Below are positions 55,305 to 64,000 of a DNA stretch of 64,000 nucleotides, in pieces. The DNA is from Lingula anatina (taxonomy: Eukaryota; Animalia; Brachiopoda): NCBI GenBank assembly GCA_051362555.1, contig CM120641.1:38880401-38944400 (forward strand), in the 5' to 3' direction. Position 1 is the stretch's first letter; every line of letters starts with the position of its first letter. Made by a program: the position numbers and the translations under genes. The notes under the pieces are model-generated. The model did no database searches and was not told where the DNA came from. It worked only from the letters and a program-made list of their open reading frames with translations.

Positions 55305-56345
55305 GTATACGTGCATGCGACTTAATTGAAGGACAATGTCCAGTTGTACCGTGTGCTAATAATATGGAATTTTTTGCACGAGATTGGTGTTTTACTTACA
55401 GCAATATATATATGGAAAATTGAAAAAAGAAAACTGTTTAGGCACGTGCATGTAACGAGTTTTGTTGTTCACTACTTCCACATGATAAATACTGTGTAGA
55501 TGTACATGTACTAGCATATGTGGACTTGTTCTAGCTAACATTACCAGACACTGCCACGACGCCATTTGGTGTGCGTAAGCGTTCCCCAGTCCGAACTTTC
55601 ATAGCATCTTAGAACTGTTTCTTCCCAGAATGTATGCTGACGTTTGTCAGTACAGTGTTTAATGGTTTTACCGGTAACAATAGGGAGTTGCGGTTTGTCA
55701 CCTATTTTTATCTTTATATGTGACGCGAATGATGTTTGTTGCAGTTGACATTATCTATTTCTACTAACCTTTCCAGATCAGTTCTATGTATGTACGTACT
55801 GAAATTGTGTCGTCTGGAAGCTTTTTTGTTTGATAATATTGCATGATACAGGTTTCAGTTCCCAAAGACATGGTGTGAGTTTCGTGAGTTCTGAAACATA
55901 TATATATATATATAAGGAAATGAAGGGATAATAAAATTATATACTATATATATATGTCTATATATGTCTGTGTGTCTGACTCCACCAGAGTCTGTTTAGC
56001 TTATCTGCTGTAATAATTTGATTTGTTAAAAAACAGAAAATTTAATTGGAAGTTGAGATATTGAAATTTGTACTTTGATTATTACTTAAAGTACAAAGTT
56101 GAATGTTTATATGAATCATTTATGTAATTTCTCCTCAATATAATGCATCACGTTCTCTATTCCAGTATTTGTTAACACAAAAGTTATATATATTTGTTAC
56201 ATGTGAATATTTAGGGAAAAGATCAACTTGATGAAAAATTGTGACGTTGCTCAGGAAAGGTGCGAACAAAACCTGGAAACCGACCAATGGCTGCAAATTA
56301 GGTATATTCAAACTAGAATTAAAACACGTTTGGTTTTTATTTCAG

Positions 56346-56913
56346 AAGTTGCAGTTTGTCCAGGGGCCGGGGTTCCATGGTCCATCTCTACGCACTATCT
56401 GACCAGGAACGCAAACGAAGCCATGGGGATACTTGGAGATATTCCTGAACTTGGCTCGTGGCAGCCGAGCCAAACAGTACTTGCCACGGAAAACCCAGCA
56501 GGGTCTGGGAACTGGACTTGTTCCCTCAGTTGTAAGGATTGTTGCATTGTATTTGTCTATCAGCTAAATTATTGTTAGGTTGAGATGGGTAAAGGCAGTA
56601 GTGATTTAAACATTATTCTATCAATATATCCCAAATCAGTATACATGTACTTGGGTCAATTGTTGCTGTTTATAAAATACGCATTTTGTTAAAGAAGTGT
56701 ATTGTACAAAGAAATGACTTTAAGGTCGATGGAAAATATTAATTTTTTTCTTCAGTGCCACCGAATACTCCATTCGAGTGGAAATGGGTCGTTGTTCCAC
56801 TGTCAAGAGGATGGGTTTCCCGTTGGGAGTTGGATCCAAATCCACCACGAGGAAACCGGAAGTCAAACTCTGGACCTGGGCCTAAAACTGTCCATTATGC
56901 CTGGATCGATTAA
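56346..56913 (+). CDS. CBM20 starch/glycogen-binding domain (terminal coding exons); join(56346..56531,56756..56913)
   Basis: Translation ...EAMGILGDIPELGSWQPSQTVLATENPAGSGNWTCSLS-L-PPNTPFEWKWVVVPLSRGWVSRWELDPNPPRGNR...AWID* has the CBM20 signature (G..ELG.W, W....LP, FE.K, WE..PNR-like). Phase-1 acceptor at 56345, donor T|GTAAGG at 56531, stop TAA 56911-56913. Confidence 0.82.
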
Positions 56914-58766
56914 AGGCAGCACCTGCATTTGATTTTTTACGATTAACACTGTATAAGCTTAGTAAAGAAATAGAAGTAACATGATAGTCAGGGATTTGGA
57001 TTGGGATATTCTAACATTTCTTTGTGATTTGATTATAACAAGGGAACTGCTTGTTTAAGCTTCGAACAAATTCTCTTGGAAATATGCAAAAGTTATATGA
57101 AGGTGTGTTATTGGGGGATGAGGCTTCATTTTATTCTTTTTTACCGTTCAAAGCGTTTATACATATGCAATTTTTTCGTAATTTTAGCACAACTGTTCTG
57201 AACAAGAGGGTGTGTAAGACTGGCAGTATCACTAGAGGGAATTTAAAAACATTCGATTTTTTTCAAGAAGAAAAACTGGAATATACTGATTCAGAAAACA
57301 GGCTGTTATTGTTTTGGAATAACATGTGTTATGTCGATTCCCCTTCTTCCAGATAATTTGTCTTATTTGCTTTGTATTTTTTACTGGTATGTGAATACCG
57401 CTAAATATATAAACGGCGACGGCGACACATATCTCATAACAACTATCTGTCCCGAGCACTGTGGAGTTACCAGTGTAAGCCAAGACATTCCACGCACGCA
57501 TGCGCTATCATGGGCGGAAAAGGGATATGTAATTCATTGTCTGAAAATGAGTGCCGATTGGTTTAAACTCTATGTTAAAGGTGTTTTGATTGTGCACGAT
57601 TAGGGGACAGTATGTTGGTCCATAGGCCAATGTGTTATGATTGAATGTCGATAAGAAGGAAATAAACTTGTGCAAAATGAAGATAACGAAATCATCAATT
57701 GTCTGACTCACGGGCGTTTGTTATGAAGTTATTCTCAATAAACACAAGCACTTAATAAATGTGAAATATGATATCGGCAGTGGTCACATTTACCCAATTA
57801 TTAAATCGATTTTACTGGTAAAAACTGCATGGTGGCGTGTATTCGTTAAATTTAAAAATAACTTTAATTTGTCGATACGTATTAAATATAGATTTCATTC
57901 ATTGAAAAAAATTAGACAACTTGAGAGTTCAGATTTTGTCTTTGACAAATAATATACCTGTTCCTCTAATGACTAATCAAAATACCCTCTGTAACAGCAC
58001 TTCAAGCGAGAAAAGACATATGTGATCAATTACTTTTTCAATGAAAGATTAAACATCAACACTTCCAAGCAACTTTGCGGTAATGTGTTTTGAAGATCCA
58101 CAACGTCAGAAAACCGGTAATTGCACTTTATCTATTTTTCTTTGTGAACTTCATCATGTCAACAGTATCTTGTACCACAGAGACAGGAAATTGTACCGTA
58201 TATTGCTGGTTGATATGCTATCACGGCCTTGGTGCGACTCCCCGAGGTAGCATCACCTGTATTAACGCACCGAAGACGACTGGAAATTGGGTACCTTAAC
58301 ACTTTCCTGTCTTATATAATTCTTGAAAATCTTTGACCTTTAACGGGAAGTCGCAGCATGGGCTTTATCGCCATAGCACTTGAGAAACTCGCGCGACTAA
58401 TGACCATTAATGGTTCAGTCTAGTAGTGCTCTTTACAGTAACGATAGCATGGTTGTGGCTTCACACTTACTGCAAAACATGCACATGTGGCGAGGATGCA
58501 TTTATGCTGTTATCTTTCTGTTTTAATACTTAGACTAGCGAAGAACACACAAAACCCTTGAAAACCCAACGCATTATTCAAAGGCTATTAGAGTCTGACA
58601 TAATCGAAGTCGCAATCTCATGATTATCATATAGGTTAAACTATAAAACGACCAAACCATCTAAATTGCAAGCATTTGCTGAGAAACTGTTTAAAACGAT
58701 CGGTGACCTTCAGAATTTTTGGTTGTTGTGAATAGAATAGTGACGGGTCAGGTTAGTTCAGCAGCG

Positions 58767-59957
58767 ATGGACTCTGCAGAATCCAATTACTTGTCAAATC
58801 TGACCATATTACCGTTCCCACCAGATCTGATAAGTAGCATCTTGTGCCAGAGATACCAGAATCTAAGTGAGGATCTTTTGGAATTTTTGGATTCTCTGGA
58901 TATCCAGGAGGCCTGCAATATAAATGGCACGACTTCGGGTGACGGCCACGTGTATGAAGGTCTGCCAGTGACATCTCAGATCATACTGACGGTGCTCTAC
59001 ATTGTGGTGTTTTTGGTTTCCTTAGCAGGGAACATTGTCGTAGTGTTGGTGTATGCAAGCAATAAAACTCTCCGAACTGTCACCAGCGTCTTCATTCTGT
59101 CTCTTACGGGAAGTGACTTACTTATTACCTTCTTCTGCATTCCATTCAACATTGGCATGATATTGAGCAAGTACTGGGTTTTCGGCGGATTTGCCTGTCG
59201 CATGGTTCCCTACGTGCAGAACGTTTCTGTCTCGTGCAGCACGCTCAGCTTGTGCAGCATTGCGATAGACCGATACTATTCTTGTGTACAGCCACTGAAG
59301 AAAAAGCACATTCACACTTACGCTAGAGCCCTCAAGCTTATGGCCGTTGTTTGGGCGGTCTCCATCGTGGTCAACATCCCAGTGTTGCTAAGCTACCAGC
59401 TTCTTTCCATACCAGTGGAAACTGCTGGGCACCAAGAAACGCGAAGTTTCTGCATTTGGGCCTCAGATTGGACAATCAACACCTTCAACATCACCTTCAT
59501 ATTTTTCTTATTTGTAATTCCGTTTACTATAATGACAGGGTTATATCTCAAAATTGGTCATTTCATGTTCGTCAGAAGACCCGTGGGGACCGCATCCTCG
59601 ACTTTAGAGGACGTGTTTACTCGGGCCAAGAAACGTGCCATCAAAATGATGATCATTGTCGTGCTCGTGTTCACAGCGTGTTGGGCCCCTCTCATGACGT
59701 ATACGCTGTCAGACCCCCCGCTAAGTGAAACAAGTAAATGTATCCGGAGTTATCTCCAGTGGATGGCGCTGGGAAGCGTCTGTTACAATCCCATTATTTA
59801 CACATTCCTGAATAAAAGATTTCGGAAGTCTGCGTCCGGGGTATTTCTGAGGCTGTGCAGAGACAGGCGTTTGAAACCGGCACCTAAGAACTTGGTGCCA
59901 AGAGCGCCTGTTGCTCGGGCGCAAGGGATAACAGCCACCAAGTCATCTCAACTTTAG
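58767..59957 (+). CDS. Intronless class A peptide GPCR, QRFP (26RFa)-receptor-like, 396 aa
   Basis: Single ORF with seven hydrophobic segments. LRTVTSVFILSLTGSDLLITFFCIPF, CRMVPYVQ, DRY, KKRAIKMM, CWAP and NPIIY resemble QRFPR/orexin/CCK-type receptors. First ATG is at 58767; the ORF track start at 58719 is TTG. Confidence 0.92.
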   Translation: MDSAESNYLSNLTILPFPPDLISSILCQRYQNLSEDLLEFLDSLDIQEACNINGTTSGDGHVYEGLPVTSQIILTVLYIVVFLVSLAGNIVVVLVYASNKTLRTVTSVFILSLTGSDLLITFFCIPFNIGMILSKYWVFGGFACRMVPYVQNVSVSCSTLSLCSIAIDRYYSCVQPLKKKHIHTYARALKLMAVVWAVSIVVNIPVLLSYQLLSIPVETAGHQETRSFCIWASDWTINTFNITFIFFLFVIPFTIMTGLYLKIGHFMFVRRPVGTASSTLEDVFTRAKKRAIKMMIIVVLVFTACWAPLMTYTLSDPPLSETSKCIRSYLQWMALGSVCYNPIIYTFLNKRFRKSASGVFLRLCRDRRLKPAPKNLVPRAPVARAQGITATKSSQL

Positions 59958-61702
59958 GCTACAAGAGAGCCATTTGAAGACTTTACTGTTTGCATTTTAA
60001 ATTAAGTCATGCAGTTACACGAGTTGTGAATTAGGTGTGGATTTACTGGTCACTACCCTGTTCTACCTGACGTTGAGACACTTTTGTATTACCTTACATA
60101 AAACTTTGTGTTGTATTTTTGTGTAATATTATTGGGCTGGGATCAGTATTTGTTAAGAAAAATGTGATAGATGGTCAATTATTTGTCTGAAACAAAAGTT
60201 GGGTTGGTCTGAAAAAATATCCCAACTTTTTTCATCGCACTTTTTGCAACGCGGTCGGGTATTTATATGAAATATCACCCTTTTTACACACAGAAAAAAG
60301 AGATGATAAGAGGTACACGCGCTGAAGTAAGTTATGTATCTAAACTATTTCAAAATTCTAAAATTGACAAAGAAAAGTTTTAATATTATAACTCTATTAC
60401 TATTAAATATGGTAGTAGTTGTTAAGGTTAATCCAAATAAATCTTGACTCATTTTTCACATAACAAATATTTTCAATGATGTCTTTACTAGGCCGTTGAC
60501 TTATTTTAGGTTTTTGATGGCTTTTGTTGGATAGTAAATGTATAGTATCAAATGTTTAGAGATCACTAGAAACGCTACTTAAACTAGCGGTGTTAATTGA
60601 GGACATCTCCAAGGATTATATTTAAGTGTTCGTAAGCAATAAATTTGGAGCTCTAATGGCGTTGTGTAATTACCTTTTTGCCCGTAAAACGGCCACTCTG
60701 AGACATTAGCGGCAGCTGCCAGGGCACTAATATAAAGTTGATTTTATAGATGCACCTAGGTAATTTACTTTTAAATCCAGTTTGTCTAAGTAAGCGACCA
60801 AGGGCCACCTTAACTAACTGTGGCGGCAAGTAAATATTTTTTTATTCTGGCAAGTAAATATTTTTTAATCTTAAAAGGCAAGCCTTTCACTTTTGTTAAC
60901 GAAATGGGTACATGTACAGACCGAAAACTAACATTTTACTAAGAATTCAAAAACGTTTTGCTGTTTTTTTATGTTCGTGGTGATATATCTATATGTATGT
61001 AATTATGGGAAGCTTGTATGTCCAACGGTTATCTAGAGCAGTCTATTTTATGTTGTTGCTCACAGTTCTGATAACAATTTGATAAACGCTCCCCTACACC
61101 AGAGTGTTATCAATCCTTAATGTCCCAAAGTAATTATTTTGGGGTCCGCTAACTTCATACTCCTTGCAATTATGCCATGACTGAAACATTTAGATGGAAC
61201 TTTTTTCCTATCAGTGCGGTAAGTAGGCCAGACAATAGGGGCAGTCATATTGACGCCTACCCTCTTGTGACCTTGACCATTAGTATCATAGTGTAGGGAA
61301 ACTATACTAGGAGAACACTAGTGAGTACTGCTAAACAACCGAACCAGTCCCTTCAAAAAGGTTAAATTAGCCTTATTAGCGGCAATATAGACCTTCATTT
61401 TGGTTAGAAGGTATAAATTGTTCCGAAAGGACATACATGTAACATGTACAGTCTCACTTTTTACTGATGACTTATGAAAAATTGGCACATTTAGTGTGGT
61501 TAGCGGGCTTTAATATTCATTATTTAAGACTTTTCTTTTTTTAAATAAAATCTATAAACATAAATTACAATAGCAATTATGGAAATTAGCGTGTAAATTG
61601 AGTACAGTTAACGAATTCTGTGTAAATTGCGTATTCAGTGTGCAATGCTTTTTTTCTCGCTGCGAATATCTGCATAGAAAGCGTATTCCCGACGCACCAA
61701 CC

Positions 61703-62046
61703 TCAAGGTCCGATCACACTATAAGTTCATGTATATGAACAAGCGTATAGCACTAACGTACGCAAACAATTACACATACATTGGTGTACGTTGGCATACG
61801 CTCAGCAAATACAAACATATTAGTCACATGTTGCTCCTACGCAAGGGACACGCTGGGGATACGGTTAATACGCTTGAGTGACGTTAAAGGTACGTTACAA
61901 TGCGTTTCTAGTAACACACCAACGTTTACCTGCGCACTCGATACGCATATTACTTAAAAGTCAAACGAACCCTTTGCGTTTTTCTGTATATGGGCAATTT
62001 TTTTCGCATATTTAAGTAATTTATCCTTAGTGTGACAGTACCTTGA
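61703..62046. mobile_element. Harbinger/PIF-like MITE with ~20-bp TIRs and internal (A)TACG repeats
   Basis: tcaaggtccgatcacacta (61703-) versus tagtgtgacagtaccttga (-62046). The interior is enriched in tacg/cgta motifs. Confidence 0.6.
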
Positions 62047-63471
62047 AGAAAATAATACCATCTGAAATTAACTAACAAAAGTTTCATTTAAATTAATTTA
62101 CTTATTGATTTGGGATTTAAGAAATCGAAACCATTTAAGTTTTAATAATATTTAAAAAAAACGCAACAAACTGGTATCAAAGAAACAATGATGAAACAAC
62201 CCAGGACGTAGTTTATATGTATATTACTTAGATCCTCCAACTGGATCAAAGGCACACAACAATATAAATTTGCTGTTACTACAACTACGGGTTTCAGAAT
62301 CACCAATCCTTAACAAAACGCTTACACCAAAAATGACGAAATCATCGCCATGAGGACGTTCTTTTTTGTGTGCTCTTCTTGCTTCTCAAATAACATTACG
62401 CTGTTTTTTTTTAATCAATCAGAAAAACGTTGCACGACCCCCGCTATAAAGGGCATGACGAGAGCATAAACATGTAGGAGGAGACCGTGTAGAAGCTGAA
62501 TCGGATGAAAGCATTCAAAAAATATTATCAGAGCAAGCAAATATAAATTTGTTTTATTACATACTGGAAGCAAAACAGGCATTGCTCATTACGAAGATGC
62601 AATTTAAGCAGCGATGGGCAACAACTTATAACATGGAAAGAGTCTTTTTGACGTTGACAATCTACACTTTCTTTCACTTCACCTGGTTTTACTTCGAAAT
62701 AAAAATCAAGAGAGAAAGTTATAATTAATAACTATCTACCAATTAATAATACGCCGCAAACACGACGCTTTAAAGCATCAGCCATATACGTGCGCAAATA
62801 GAACATCCAATTTTTACTGCCGTATATTTCAATTCATTAATGAAATCGTCTTGATTGATTCATATTCAGCACTCCGTAAAATATTGGCTGTGTTGAGGCA
62901 TTTTGATGGAACGCAAGTGGCAGCATTTTAAACGTATCACTGACTACTTTGATGTTTCATAGCTTTTTTTCCGCAGTATCCGTCACTTTGACCAGATGAA
63001 GTACCAAAGAACTTTATGATGTACAATGGCGGTTGAGTTTCTTCGCTGTCGTGATAAAGTAGTTCACGCAACGTTGCTCTAACGGTGATTCCGTCTTATA
63101 TTTCATAGGCACGTTTAATTAGTTTCCATAGACAGCAGACTCTCCCTGATATTCCATTGCCTCTTTCTGCGTAACCATTAACTTCAAAAGCTCAGGTGAC
63201 CTACCACTTACGCAACTGAGGAAGCGTTTTTTTTTTTACCATCTTCTTTTCGGTGTATTTTTTAAAAATTACCCCCGATAGATGGATATTAACGTCTTTC
63301 TATTAAGCACCGTCAAGATAAATTGCAAATGAAATGGAATATATCCAAAATGCTCCTATGCACATTTCAACTGCGACCGATAAAAGAAGAAATGGCAGTT
63401 TGAAGCTGAAATAGTGATTAAATCTTCAGACAGCGATAAAATCAAAGTTGAGTCAACTTGTAGGTAATATT

Positions 63472-64000
63472 TACAAGTCAAAAAAGGAAAAAAGAAACGC
63501 AAGTTTTGTTATGGGAAAAGAGCAGCATATTGCTCAGTAAAGGGATTGCCCTCTCCTGGCTGCAATACAGGCCAGTACCGTCCTCTCGTGGACTGTCCGA
63601 GACCTCCAATGCAGACCTGAGTCATCCTTCTCCATTCCTCCACCAGTGCAACTTTTTAGACTATGACGGTGGAAGGTTGTGGATGGCGGTTATGAAGGCG
63701 TCTGCCCAGTTCATCCCAGGTATGCTCAGTGGCAACATGCCTGGTCTAAAGAAGAGTCTGAAACTGCTCCTGCTGCATGTACGCCTGTGCTATCCTGGCA
63801 ATATGGGGACAAATGTTGTCCTGCAGGGGTGATGATGCATGAATGGCTCAACAGCTAGAGTTGGGACTACATCTCTGTCAAATTTCCACCAATCACCATG
63901 AGTTCTGTCTGAAAATTGCCACTTATGCCCCCCCCCCCCCAGAACCATAAAACTGCACCAATGGCGATGGCCAATAGCACGACCCCTGTCCAGATCAGAC
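63472..64000 (-). mobile_element. Degenerate Tc1/mariner DNA transposon (transposase pseudogene; extends beyond the window)
   Basis: The minus strand encodes SDLDRGRAIG, WGGISG..TELMVIGGNLT, LQDNICPHIAR, TEHTWDELGRRL, LVEEWRR and CIAARRG..Y* (stop 63534-63536) with stops and frameshifts. A possible TIR remnant lies at ~63472-63505. Confidence 0.85.

Noticed and set aside
63506-63832. 108-aa + strand ORF
   Set aside because: It is the antisense shadow of the Tc1 transposase relic.

Overview
AT-rich, intron-containing animal genomic DNA with GT-AG introns, microsatellites and MITE-like elements. It is probably a lophotrochozoan such as a mollusc, judging from the EF-hand family; this is inference. 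The ORF track is mostly noise, so gene models were built by hand from splice sites. Contents: (1) a possible 3' end of an upstream gene; (2) two tandem five-exon neuropeptide GPCR paralogs on the minus strand (leucokinin/RYamide-luqin/tachykinin-receptor-like); (3) calmodulin-like EF-hand gene A with two alternative first exons (28841, 33148), whose exon 4 phase-1 donor splices in frame into the ribosomal protein eL28 (RPL28) gene immediately downstream, which also has its own 5'TOP first exon; (4) paralogous EF-hand gene B, continuing through symmetric phase-1 Pro/Glu/Lys-rich (PEVK-like) exons to a C-terminal CBM20 starch/glycogen-binding domain; (5) an intronless QRFP-receptor-like GPCR; (6) a decayed, internally deleted Tc1/mariner element at the right edge. 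The main candidate novelty is a duplicated four-exon Ca2+-sensor cassette that appears to be spliced onto two unrelated effectors, a ribosomal protein and a glycogen-binding module. None of these junctions has been confirmed with transcript data.
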